Origin: Filifactoraceae bacterium
GTDB taxonomy: Bacteria > Bacillota > Clostridia > Peptostreptococcales > Filifactoraceae
Length of the DNA stretch: 64,000 bases
Assembly (NCBI GenBank): GCA_051655155.1
Contig: JBOFZL010000051.1
Location: 18,637-82,636 of the forward strand
Reading direction: 5' to 3'
The stretch's first letter is position 1, and every line of letters begins with the position of its first letter. Shown piece after piece: positions 48,152 to 57,916 of the stretch. The position numbers and the translations under genes were made by a program. Under the pieces are notes generated by a model. It had not been told where the DNA came from. It did no database searches and was given only the letters and a program-made list of their open reading frames with translations.

Positions 48152-48763
48152 ATGAAGAGACAGGGTTTACTGGTAGTTGTGTCTGGACCTTCTGGAGCAG
48201 GTAAAGGTACAATATGTAAAAAGTTTCTAAATAAGCATCCTGAAGTTAAGATTTCTGTTTCTGCAACTACAAGAAATCCACGGGCAGGGGAAATTGATGG
48301 AGAAAGTTATCATTTTATTTCTAAGGAAGAGTTTGGAGCTTTAATTTCTGAGGATGGATTACTGGAGTATGTACATGTTTTTGGTAATTATTATGGGACT
48401 CCAAAGGATTTTGTCTTTAAAAATATGGAACATGGTAGTAATGTTATTTTAGAGATTGAAATTGAAGGGGCAAAAAGTGTAAAAGAGAAGTATCCAGATG
48501 CAATTTTGGTATTTATATTGCCTCCAACTCTTAGGGAACTTCATACCAGAATAACTAAAAGAGGGACAGAGGATGAAGGACAGATTAGTCTAAGGCTTGC
48601 AAGGGCTTTGGAAGAAATAAGAACTATGGAAGAGTATAGTTATTTTATAATAAATGAAGATATTGATTCTGCTGTTAAAGAACTAGAAGGTATAATGATA
48701 GCAGAGAAAAACAGCGTAAAAAGATATTTTAGGGAACTCTTGGAAAAGTACGAGGAGGAATAG
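48152..48763 (+). CDS. gmk: guanylate kinase
   Basis: P-loop VVSGPSGAGKGT, ATTRNPRAGEIDGESYHF. Confidence 0.95.
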   Translation: MKRQGLLVVVSGPSGAGKGTICKKFLNKHPEVKISVSATTRNPRAGEIDGESYHFISKEEFGALISEDGLLEYVHVFGNYYGTPKDFVFKNMEHGSNVILEIEIEGAKSVKEKYPDAILVFILPPTLRELHTRITKRGTEDEGQISLRLARALEEIRTMEEYSYFIINEDIDSAVKELEGIMIAEKNSVKRYFRELLEKYEEE

Positions 48764-48767
48764 TAAT

Positions 48768-49028
48768 ATGTTAAAACCGTCGATTAATGAATTGTTAAAA
48801 AAGTCAGAGAATAGGTATGTACTTGTGAATCTGGTAGCTATAAGAGCTAGAGCTATAGTTAATAATGGGGAAGAAGGACACATTTTTGTTGATATAAACG
48901 AGAGAAAACCGGTTTCTATTGCAACACAAGAGGTATTTGAGGATCAAATAACTTATAAGAGTAATTATACAGAAGCTATGGAAAAGAAGGATTATGAGAA
49001 TAGGGATTATAATATAAGTGAGGGTTAG
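48768..49028 (+). CDS. rpoZ: DNA-directed RNA polymerase subunit omega
   Basis: MLKPSINELLKKSENRYVLVNLVAIRARAI is the canonical RpoZ N-terminus. Follows gmk. Confidence 0.9.
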   Translation: MLKPSINELLKKSENRYVLVNLVAIRARAIVNNGEEGHIFVDINERKPVSIATQEVFEDQITYKSNYTEAMEKKDYENRDYNISEG

Positions 49029-49029
49029 T

Positions 49030-50220
49030 ATGAAGACTGTTCTTGTAGGAGTTACTGGTGGGGTGGCAGCGTTTAAGGCATGTAATATTGTTTCGCTTCT
49101 AGTCAAAGCAGGTTATAATGTAGAGGTTATTATGACAGAGAATTCTATGGAGTTTGTATCTCCTCTAACTTTTCAAAGTTTGTCGAAAAACCTTGTTCAT
49201 ACCCATATGTTTGAGAAAACAAGGTCTTGGGATGTGGAGCATATTGAGCTGGCAAAAAAGGCAGATGTTATTTTGATAGCACCAGCTACAGCGAATATTA
49301 TTGGCAAAGTTGCGAATGGAATTGCCGATGATATGTTATCTACAGTTATTATGGCTACTAGGGCAAAGGTGATTTTTGCTCCTGCTATGAATACTAATAT
49401 GTACGAGAATATAATTGTAAAGGAAAATATAGAGTATCTTAAAAGTAAGGGATATTATTTTATAGAGCCAGATATTGGGCTTTTGGCTTGTAATGATACA
49501 GGTAAGGGAAAACTTCCAGACCCTGAGGTTATTGTGGAAAAGGCTATTGATGTTTTGGAAGAAACAAGTGAGCTTAGGGGAAGAAAGATATTGGTTACAG
49601 CTGGACCTACTTGCCAAGCTATAGATCCTGTAAGGTTTATAACAAATCATTCGACTGGAAGTATGGGGTATGCCATAGCGAAAGAGGCTGTAAGAAGAGG
49701 TGGAGAAGTTACCTTAATATCAGGAAAAACAAGTTTACAAAAGCCAACAGGGTTAAAGGAATTTGTAGATATCTTTAGCGCTGAGGATATGTATAAGGCT
49801 GTTGTGGATAGAGTTGCAAATATGGATATTGTTATTAAATCTGCTGCAGTTGCTGATTATACTCCGTCTGATTATTCGGAACTTAAACTTAAGAAATCTG
49901 ATTCTGATATGACAATACCTTTAAAAAGAACTAAGGATATAGCTTTTGAAATTGGGAAAAATAAGAGGGATGACCAATTTTTTGTAGGTTTTGCTGCAGA
50001 AACGGATAATGTTTTGGAAAATGCCAAGGGTAAGGTTCAGCGCAAGAATTTTGATCTTATTGTGGCTAATGACATTACTTTAGCGGGAGCTGGGTTTGGA
50101 AAGGGAACAAATGAAGTTAGCATAATAGACAGAGCTGGAGAAATCACTTCTTATAAAAAAATGAGCAAGAAGGATGTTGCTAAGGTGATTATGGATGAAA
50201 TTATAAGAAAGTTTAAATAA
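49030..50220 (+). CDS. coaBC: bifunctional phosphopantothenoylcysteine decarboxylase / phosphopantothenate--cysteine ligase
   Basis: MKTVLVGVTGGVAAFK flavoprotein N-domain, PAMNTNMY, and C-domain ITNHSTGSMG...AAVADY. Start moved to 49030. Confidence 0.93.
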   Translation: MKTVLVGVTGGVAAFKACNIVSLLVKAGYNVEVIMTENSMEFVSPLTFQSLSKNLVHTHMFEKTRSWDVEHIELAKKADVILIAPATANIIGKVANGIADDMLSTVIMATRAKVIFAPAMNTNMYENIIVKENIEYLKSKGYYFIEPDIGLLACNDTGKGKLPDPEVIVEKAIDVLEETSELRGRKILVTAGPTCQAIDPVRFITNHSTGSMGYAIAKEAVRRGGEVTLISGKTSLQKPTGLKEFVDIFSAEDMYKAVVDRVANMDIVIKSAAVADYTPSDYSELKLKKSDSDMTIPLKRTKDIAFEIGKNKRDDQFFVGFAAETDNVLENAKGKVQRKNFDLIVANDITLAGAGFGKGTNEVSIIDRAGEITSYKKMSKKDVAKVIMDEIIRKFK

Positions 50221-50281
50221 GTGAGAGGTTAATATAGAATATGTTTAGGCATATTCTATATTTTTTAAAAGAGGTGCTATT

Positions 50282-52522
50282 GTGAGAAGTTTAGTAGAAG
50301 TCCTTCTTATAGGTAGATCAAGACAGGTAGAAAGACCTTTTACCTATGTTTGTGATGAGGAGATAATTATCGGACAGAGGGTAGAGGTTTCCTTTGGAAG
50401 AGGAAAATCCATTGCCAAGGGGTTGGTGGTAGGTGTTGAGCAGTACAATGATGAAAATTTAATAGCTAGAGATATAGATGAGAAACTTCTTAAAAATATT
50501 ATTTCCATAACCCATAGAGAACCGTTATTCACAGATAAGAGCATGAGTTTGGCTAAATGGATAGCAAAGGAAACTTTATCTAGCGAAATTTCTGCGATGG
50601 AACTTTTTTTTCCTAAGGGTGAAGGTATTAGTTTAAAAAGGAAGAAGTTTATAAAGCTTATTTCTTTAGATGAAATTTTAAGGTATAAAGATGCTTTAAG
50701 AAAAAATGCAAAGATAGCCTTAACTGTCGTAGAAACTATTATTGAAAAAGATAGTCTTTATTTAGAAGAATTAATAAATAAAGTTGGTGCTGGGGCAAGG
50801 GAATCTGTGAAAAAGTTAGAGAACTTAGGTATCATAAAGGTTATTGATGAAGAGTTTATACCTAGAGTTAATGATAATTATAGCTTGGAACATAAAGATA
50901 TATTTTTAAATGATGAGCAAGAGGCTGTTAAGGAGTCTATATTATTATCAAAAAAGCCATGTCTTTTATATGGAGTAACAGGTTCAGGTAAGACTGAGGT
51001 ATATATTAAGCTTATAAGGGATGTCTTGACACAAGGGAAAGAGGCCATAGTATTAGTACCTGAAATTTCTCTTACTCCACAAACTATAAGTAGGTTTAGA
51101 AATGTTTTTGGAGATATGGTTGGAATTATGCACAGTCGCTTATCAGAAAGAGAGAAGTTAGGACAGTGGCAGCTGGTAAAATCAGGGAAGGTTAAGGTTG
51201 TTATTGGAGCAAGGTCTGCACTTTTTGTACCTTTCAGAAATTTAGGAATTATAATAGTTGATGAGTGTCATGAGGATAGTTACAAATCTGAGAATAGTCC
51301 CAAGTTTGATGGGGTGGACTTAGCTGTGAAAATGGGTGAAGTCTATAAGGCTATAGTAGTTTTAGGTACGGCTACACCAACTATAAATCAACTTTATAAT
51401 GGGAAAATTGGTAAGTTTACTTTATTGTATCTAAGAAATAGGGGAAATAAAAGCTCAAAGCCTATTGTTGAAATTATAAATATGAATAAGGAAAGAAAAC
51501 TAAAAAATTCTGTTTTAAGTAGTAGGTTGGTTGAAGAAATAGGAAGGGGCTTACTTGATGGAAATCAAAGTATAGTTTTTTTAAATAGGAGAGGCTTTGC
51601 AAATTTTTTGCGATGTGATGAGTGTGGTTATGTTCATGTTTGTAAAAACTGTGATATAAGTTTAAATTACCATAAGTCTACAAATTCGTTTGTTTGCCAC
51701 TATTGTGGGTATAAAGAGCCATATGAAGAGAAGTGTCCTAGTTGTGCTGAAGGAAATATGGTTTATTCTGGAGTGGGAACACAGCAGGTGGAAGAGGCCC
51801 TAAGAGAAAAGTTTCCAACTGCAAGGATAGTAAGAATGGATAGGGATACAACTAAGCTTAAGGGACAGCATGAAAGTATATTAAGGGACTTTAAAGAGGA
51901 AAATATAGATATTTTGTTGGGGACTCAGATGATAGGAAAAGGATTGGATTTTCCTAAGGTTACTGTTGTTGGAGTGATAAATGGAGATTTAGGTTTAAAG
52001 TTTCCTGATTATAGAAGTCGTGAAAAAACTTTTGCTATACTTAATCAAGTTGTTGGTAGAGCTGGAAGGGGTAATGTTGAAGGGAAGGCTTTAATTCAAA
52101 CTTATGAGCCTGATAACCCAATATATAGATATATAGCCGATGATGATTTTGAAAGTTTATATTCTCAAGAGGTGGCTATGAGAAAACAGTTTTTTTATCC
52201 GCCATTTGCAAATATAATAAGGGTATTAGCCTCAAGTATAAATCCAAAATCTGCAGCTACTACGGCTCAAAGGCTAAAAGATGGTATCTGCCATTTTTTA
52301 GATAAGAAAAATATAGATCAAAAGATACTAGGACCAACACCATGCCTCATTAATAAGGTGGAAGGGAAATATAGGTGGCAGATAATAATTAAGGTGATAA
52401 ATAATGATGAATATGATATAATAAAAGAGATAATAAACTATCTTATTTCTATTAAACGTAATGTGGTAATAAGTAGTGATGCTTTTGTTAGTATAGACAT
52501 AAATCCTAAGAATATGATATAA
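50282..52522 (+). CDS. priA: primosomal replication-restart helicase PriA
   Basis: Walker A GVTGSGKTEVY, DECH box IIVDECHE, and Cys-rich Zn region CDECGYVHVCKNCDISLNYH...CHYCGY...CPSC. GTG start. Confidence 0.93.
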   Translation: MRSLVEVLLIGRSRQVERPFTYVCDEEIIIGQRVEVSFGRGKSIAKGLVVGVEQYNDENLIARDIDEKLLKNIISITHREPLFTDKSMSLAKWIAKETLSSEISAMELFFPKGEGISLKRKKFIKLISLDEILRYKDALRKNAKIALTVVETIIEKDSLYLEELINKVGAGARESVKKLENLGIIKVIDEEFIPRVNDNYSLEHKDIFLNDEQEAVKESILLSKKPCLLYGVTGSGKTEVYIKLIRDVLTQGKEAIVLVPEISLTPQTISRFRNVFGDMVGIMHSRLSEREKLGQWQLVKSGKVKVVIGARSALFVPFRNLGIIIVDECHEDSYKSENSPKFDGVDLAVKMGEVYKAIVVLGTATPTINQLYNGKIGKFTLLYLRNRGNKSSKPIVEIINMNKERKLKNSVLSSRLVEEIGRGLLDGNQSIVFLNRRGFANFLRCDECGYVHVCKNCDISLNYHKSTNSFVCHYCGYKEPYEEKCPSCAEGNMVYSGVGTQQVEEALREKFPTARIVRMDRDTTKLKGQHESILRDFKEENIDILLGTQMIGKGLDFPKVTVVGVINGDLGLKFPDYRSREKTFAILNQVVGRAGRGNVEGKALIQTYEPDNPIYRYIADDDFESLYSQEVAMRKQFFYPPFANIIRVLASSINPKSAATTAQRLKDGICHFLDKKNIDQKILGPTPCLINKVEGKYRWQIIIKVINNDEYDIIKEIINYLISIKRNVVISSDAFVSIDINPKNMI

Positions 52523-52544
52523 GTTTAAGGAGGAGTAATAAACT

Positions 52545-53003
52545 ATGGGGATAAGAGAAATAAGGACAGATGATGATGAAATTTTAAGAAAGATTTCAAG
52601 ACCTGTAGATAAGATGGATAAAAGGTTAGAACTTATAATTCAAGATATGAAAGATACAATGTATGCTGCTGATGGAGTTGGCTTAGCTGCACCACAGATA
52701 GGTGTGCTAAGGAGAGTTTTTGTGATTGATATAGGTGATGGACCGATTGTATTTATAAACCCTACCATTATAGAAAAGGAGGGAGAACAAGTTGGAATTG
52801 AAGGGTGTTTAAGTTTTCCAGGATATCATGGAGAAGTGAAACGTCCAAACTATGTTAAAGTAAGAGCTATGAATATGGATATGGAAGAATTTATTATAGA
52901 AGGTAAAGATCTTTTTGCAAGAGCTATATGTCACGAGAATGATCACCTTGATGGAATCTTATATCCAGATTTGGTTGATGGCAATATTTTGCCAAATGAT
53001 TAA
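52545..53003 (+). CDS. def: peptide deformylase
   Basis: GVGLAAPQIG, EGCLSFPG and HENDHLDG motifs. Confidence 0.95.
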   Translation: MGIREIRTDDDEILRKISRPVDKMDKRLELIIQDMKDTMYAADGVGLAAPQIGVLRRVFVIDIGDGPIVFINPTIIEKEGEQVGIEGCLSFPGYHGEVKRPNYVKVRAMNMDMEEFIIEGKDLFARAICHENDHLDGILYPDLVDGNILPND

Positions 53004-53020
53004 GCTTAAGGGGTGGGAGA

Positions 53021-53947
53021 TTGAAGATAATTTTTATGGGAACTCCAAATTTTGCTGTAAAATCTTTAGAGGCTATACATGAGTGTGGTCATGAAATTTT
53101 GCTTGTGGTATCTCAGGAGGATAAGGTAAAGGGAAGAGGAAAGAAGTTAGTATCTACACCTGTTAAGGAAAAAGCTTTAGAGTTAGGACTTAAAGTTTTT
53201 CAGCCAAGGCGAATAAAGGATAAAGAGTCTGTTGATAGACTAAGGGAACTTAAGCCGGACTTAATTGTGGTTACAGCTTATGGGCAGATATTGTCAAAGG
53301 AGATATTAGATATACCTAAATATGGATGTGTTAATGTACATGCTTCACTTCTTCCAAAGTATAGAGGGGCAGCACCTATAAATTTTGCGATTATTAATGG
53401 GGAGAAGGTTACTGGAATCACAACAATGCTAATGGATGAAGGTTTAGATACGGGAGATATGCTTTTACACGATGAAATATCTATAGAACCAATAGATACT
53501 GCAGAAACTTTATTTTTAAAGCTTAGTATTTTAGGTAAGGAAACACTTAAAAGGACGTTAGACCTGATTGAAAAAGAAGAAATGATATCACAAAAACAAG
53601 ATGATACTCAGGCTACTTATGCAATGATTATGAATAAAGAATTAGGCCATATAAATTGGAATGATTCAGCTGAGCGTATAGTTAACCTTTGTAGGGGTAC
53701 ACAACCTTGGCCAGGGGTATTTAGTTTTTATAAAGATGAGGTTGTGAAATTTTTTGATATAAAAGTAGGAGATAAAACCTTGGGGAAGTCAGGAGAGATT
53801 ATTAGGATTGAAAAAGATTATATAGAGGTTATGGCTGGAGATAGATCAGTGTGTATATATTCTGTTCAGTTTCCTAATAAAAGAAGGATGCTAGTTTCAG
53901 AGTATTTAAAAGGGAATAATGTGGAAATTTCTAGTATTCTAAGTTAG
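53021..53947 (+). CDS. fmt: methionyl-tRNA formyltransferase
   Basis: MKIIFMGTPNFAV...VVTAYGQIL...NVHASLLPKYRGAAPI. TTG start after GGGGTGGGAG. Confidence 0.93.
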   Translation: MKIIFMGTPNFAVKSLEAIHECGHEILLVVSQEDKVKGRGKKLVSTPVKEKALELGLKVFQPRRIKDKESVDRLRELKPDLIVVTAYGQILSKEILDIPKYGCVNVHASLLPKYRGAAPINFAIINGEKVTGITTMLMDEGLDTGDMLLHDEISIEPIDTAETLFLKLSILGKETLKRTLDLIEKEEMISQKQDDTQATYAMIMNKELGHINWNDSAERIVNLCRGTQPWPGVFSFYKDEVVKFFDIKVGDKTLGKSGEIIRIEKDYIEVMAGDRSVCIYSVQFPNKRRMLVSEYLKGNNVEISSILS

Positions 53948-54011
53948 AGTTATTGAAGTTAAAAATGGAATAGGATATAATCCAAAATATTAAGAGGGAG
54001 ATGATAATAAT

Positions 54012-54695
54012 ATGTTTTATTGGGATTCTAGTATGTTAATACTTATACCAGCTATGATATTAACTATGTATGCACAGTCGAAGGTTAAGTCGGCTTATAG
54101 TAAATATGCATCGGTGGGAACTAAAAGATGTTATAGTGGAGCAGAAACTGCAAGGGCAATATTGGATCAAAATAATTTAAGAGATGTTAATATAGAGTTG
54201 ATTCAGGGACAGTTAACTGACCATTATGATCCGCGCACACGAGTTTTAAGATTGTCAGGAGAGGTTTATCAGGGGCGTACAATAGCAGCTAATGCTATTG
54301 CTGCTCATGAATGTGGACATGCTATTCAACATGCGATAGGATATCAGCCGTTGATATTTAGGAATGCTATAGTGCCTGTCGTGAATATTGCTTCTAATAT
54401 GTCTTGGCCACTTATTATGCTAGGATTTTTAGTTCCTAGCTTCAGTATCTTTTTAACTGTAGGGATATTAATGTTTTCTGCAGCAGTATTTTTTCAACTT
54501 ATAACATTGCCGGTAGAATTTAATGCAAGTTCAAGGGCTTTGGTAGAATTAGGTAATGGTGGCATTTTAGAGAGTGATGAAATTAGTGATGGAAAAAGAG
54601 TATTGAATGCGGCGGCATTAACTTATGTGGCAGCAGCAGCTTCGGCAATATTACAGCTTGTAAGGTTATTAGTTATTAGAAATAGAAGAGATTAA
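54012..54695 (+). CDS. putative neutral zinc metallopeptidase (YugP-like membrane peptidase)
   Basis: HECGHAIQH zinc motif, N-terminal and C-terminal TM helices, 227 aa. Usual position between fmt and rsmB in Clostridia. Confidence 0.8.
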   Translation: MFYWDSSMLILIPAMILTMYAQSKVKSAYSKYASVGTKRCYSGAETARAILDQNNLRDVNIELIQGQLTDHYDPRTRVLRLSGEVYQGRTIAANAIAAHECGHAIQHAIGYQPLIFRNAIVPVVNIASNMSWPLIMLGFLVPSFSIFLTVGILMFSAAVFFQLITLPVEFNASSRALVELGNGGILESDEISDGKRVLNAAALTYVAAAASAILQLVRLLVIRNRRD

Positions 54696-54785
54696 TAAGA
54701 CAGGAGGGCAAATTTGCTCTCCTTTTTCTTTACTTACTGGTTTTTTTGAAGTAAAATATTATTATAAAAATTATATGAGGTGTAT

Positions 54786-56105
54786 ATGAAAACAGCAAGG
54801 AACTTAGCTTATGAAAGTGTATATAATGTAAAGTACAAAGGTGCTTATTCAAATATAGAGATTAATAAGGCTTTAAGAGAAAATAATTTAGATTTTGTGG
54901 ATAGAGGATTTTATACAGAGCTAGTATACGGAACATTAGAGAATATAATTTATTTGGATTATATTATACAAAAATTTTCTAAGCTTTCTTTAGGTAAGCT
55001 TTCAAAATCAGTAACTATAATTTTGGAGATGGGACTTTATCAAATAATAAATATGAATTCAGTTACAAATTTTGCTGCAGTGGATGAAAGTGTAAAACTT
55101 TGTAATAAGATAGATAAAAGGAGTTCGGGTTTTGTGAATGCAGTTTTAAGAAGTATTTTAAGATCTGATAAGGCTTTAGAAATTATTGACTTGGATGAAA
55201 AGGAATCTGTAAGGATAAAATATTCTGTTTCGGAGTATATTTTTAATAGACTTGTGGATATTTATGGGTTTAAAAATACTGAGTGTATTTTGGAATCGTT
55301 TAATAGTAAGCCAGAGTTGTATTTAAGGGTAAATCTAAATAAGGTCTCAAGAGAAGATCTTAAGGGCTATCTGGAAAACATGGGTGTCGAGGTATTTTTT
55401 CTTGAAAATTCTAAAACTGCATTAAGGGTTAAAAGACTAAAGGATATTGAGAATAACGAGTTTTACAATAAGGGATATTTTACTGTTCAAGATATAAGTT
55501 CTATGATAGCTGTGGAGGTTTTAGATCCACAGGAAGAAGATAGAGTTTTAGATATTTGTGCCTGTCCAGGGGGAAAGACTACTTATATAGGTGAACTTAT
55601 GAAGAATAAGGGTGTTATTCATGGGATGGATATATCGGAGAATAAGTTAAGACTAGCCGCAAAAAGTTGTAAAAGATTGGGTATTGAAAATGTTAGGTTT
55701 GCTGTAAATGATGGAACTAAACATAAAAATAGTTTGGTTGAAAAATATAACAAAGTTTTAGCTGATGTTCCATGTTCAGGATTTGGGATAATAAGAAGAA
55801 AACCGGAGATAAGATATAAAAAGGGAGAAGATGTAGAACAACTTCCTTCAATTCAAAGAAGTATATTATATAATGCAGCTTCTTATGTTGAAAAAGGTGG
55901 AATTGTACTTTATAGTACTTGTACTATGGATGTAAAAGAAAATCAAAATATTATTAGAGATTTTTTAGAGGAAAATACTAATTTTAAATTAGAAAAGGTT
56001 GAGCATCCGCTTATAAAGTCAGATAAGGGAGAGTATGGAACTCAATTATTACCTAATATAGATAATTGCGATGGTTTTTTTATTGCTAAAATAAGAAGAA
56101 TATAA
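54786..56105 (+). CDS. rsmB: 16S rRNA (cytosine967-C5)-methyltransferase
   Basis: NusB-like N-domain, then DICACPGGKT, DVPCSGFGIIRRKPE and YSTCT motifs. ATG at 54786 is preferred over GTG at 54780. Confidence 0.9.
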   Translation: MKTARNLAYESVYNVKYKGAYSNIEINKALRENNLDFVDRGFYTELVYGTLENIIYLDYIIQKFSKLSLGKLSKSVTIILEMGLYQIINMNSVTNFAAVDESVKLCNKIDKRSSGFVNAVLRSILRSDKALEIIDLDEKESVRIKYSVSEYIFNRLVDIYGFKNTECILESFNSKPELYLRVNLNKVSREDLKGYLENMGVEVFFLENSKTALRVKRLKDIENNEFYNKGYFTVQDISSMIAVEVLDPQEEDRVLDICACPGGKTTYIGELMKNKGVIHGMDISENKLRLAAKSCKRLGIENVRFAVNDGTKHKNSLVEKYNKVLADVPCSGFGIIRRKPEIRYKKGEDVEQLPSIQRSILYNAASYVEKGGIVLYSTCTMDVKENQNIIRDFLEENTNFKLEKVEHPLIKSDKGEYGTQLLPNIDNCDGFFIAKIRRI

Positions 56106-56115
56106 GGGGTATAAT

Positions 56116-57138
56116 ATGATAGATTTAAAGGGTCTGACCCTTGAAGAGGTTAGAGCTTTATCAGTAAGATTAGGTGAAAAAGCCTTTCGTGGCGAGCAAA
56201 TCTTCAATTTTTTATATAAGGGTATTGAGAATATTGATGATATTAAAACTTTTTCTAAAGAAACAAAAGAAGCTTTTAAGCAAGTTGCATATATATCAAG
56301 GGCTAAAGTTTTTGATAAATTAGAATCAAAGTTAGATGAAACTGTAAAGTATTTAATAGAGTTGGATGATGGAAACATAATAGAATCAGTATTGATGAAG
56401 TATAATCATGGGTATAGTATCTGCATATCTAGTCAGGTTGGATGTAGAATGGGCTGTAAGTTTTGTGCATCTACTTTAGATGGATTAGAGAGAAATCTTA
56501 CTTCCGGAGAACTACTGGGTCAAATTTTAACTGTTTCAATTGACAATAATATTAAGATAAATAACGTTGTGATAATGGGTTCTGGAGAACCCTTAGATAA
56601 TATGGATGAGATAAAAAAGTTTCTTTTGCTTGTGCATGAGGAGAAGGGGCTTAATATAGGGTATAGGCATATAACGCTTTCAACCTGTGGGATAGTACCT
56701 AAGATACATGAGTTGGCAGAATTAAACATACCTATTAATTTGGCTGTATCACTTCATCAATGGAGCCAAGAGAAAAGAATGGAAATTATGCCCATATCAA
56801 GGGTATATAATATAGACCAGCTTATTATGGCATCTAAGATGTATTATAAAAAAACAAAAAGAAGGGTTACCTATGAGTATGCACTTATATCAGGGGTAAA
56901 TGACAGCGAGGCTGATGCAAATGCGTTAGCAAAATTAATAGGTGGAATTGATTGTCATGTTAATTTGATTCCTGTTAATGAGGTTAAAGAGAATAGTTTA
57001 AAAAGACCGAGTAAGGAAAGTGTAAGAAAGTTTTGCAAAATTCTTGAAGATAATAAGATTAAGGGGACTGTAAGACGGGAACTTGGTCAGGATATAAGTG
57101 GAGCATGTGGGCAGCTTAGGCGAAGTGTAAATAAGTGA
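56116..57138 (+). CDS. rlmN: 23S rRNA/tRNA (adenine-C2)-methyltransferase, radical SAM
   Basis: CISSQVGCRMGCKFCAS radical-SAM cluster and C-terminal GACGQLR. Confidence 0.93.
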   Translation: MIDLKGLTLEEVRALSVRLGEKAFRGEQIFNFLYKGIENIDDIKTFSKETKEAFKQVAYISRAKVFDKLESKLDETVKYLIELDDGNIIESVLMKYNHGYSICISSQVGCRMGCKFCASTLDGLERNLTSGELLGQILTVSIDNNIKINNVVIMGSGEPLDNMDEIKKFLLLVHEEKGLNIGYRHITLSTCGIVPKIHELAELNIPINLAVSLHQWSQEKRMEIMPISRVYNIDQLIMASKMYYKKTKRRVTYEYALISGVNDSEADANALAKLIGGIDCHVNLIPVNEVKENSLKRPSKESVRKFCKILEDNKIKGTVRRELGQDISGACGQLRRSVNK

Positions 57139-57139
57139 G

Positions 57140-57904
57140 GTGATCGATTTGATTTTTTTTGGTGAAAGTGATATAGGAAAAGTAAGGGAAAATAATGAAG
57201 ACACATATTTAATAAAAGAGGTTAGAGAGAATGTTATTTTATTTGTAGTGGCAGATGGTGTTGGTGGTCATAATAAGGGAGAATTTGCAAGTAGGGCTAC
57301 TGTATTTGAAATAGCAGGATATATAGAACGACATATTAGAGATTTTTGGGCAGAAAATGAAGTAGATGGATTTAGGTCTTTAAGATCAATGTTAAGTAAG
57401 GCTATTGAAAGGGCGAATGAATATGTTTTTCACTACGCATCTATTCATGATGAGTACTTTGGTATGGGAACTACTGGAGTTTTGGGGCTACTAGTAGGAG
57501 AAAGATTGCTTGTTGCTAATGTAGGGGATAGTAGATTGTATTTAAAAAGAGATGATATCTTAAAGCAAATAACTGTGGATCATTCTTATACACAAGAGTT
57601 AGTTTCAAGTGGAATTATAACAAAGGAAGAGGCTAGAACTCACGATAAAAAAAATATAGTACTTAGGGCTATAGGGACAGAAGAATCGATACTTATTGAT
57701 ATTTATGATGTTGAGTTAAAATATGGTGATAGTTTACTTTTTTGTACAGATGGTCTTACAGATATGGTGGAAGATGAAAAGATTAGCAAGATAATGGGTG
57801 ATGGCAAAAATCCATCAGATATAGCAAGAAAATTGATTTTAGAGGCAAACAATGCAGGTGGTGTAGATAATATAACTGTGGTTGTAGCTAATTATTTTGA
57901 CTAG
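57140..57904 (+). CDS. stp: PP2C-family Ser/Thr protein phosphatase (Stp/PrpC)
   Basis: GKVRENNEDTY, VADGVGGH and DNITVVV motifs. GTG start overlapping the end of rlmN. Confidence 0.9.
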   Translation: MIDLIFFGESDIGKVRENNEDTYLIKEVRENVILFVVADGVGGHNKGEFASRATVFEIAGYIERHIRDFWAENEVDGFRSLRSMLSKAIERANEYVFHYASIHDEYFGMGTTGVLGLLVGERLLVANVGDSRLYLKRDDILKQITVDHSYTQELVSSGIITKEEARTHDKKNIVLRAIGTEESILIDIYDVELKYGDSLLFCTDGLTDMVEDEKISKIMGDGKNPSDIARKLILEANNAGGVDNITVVVANYFD

Positions 57905-57916
57905 GTTGGTGATAAT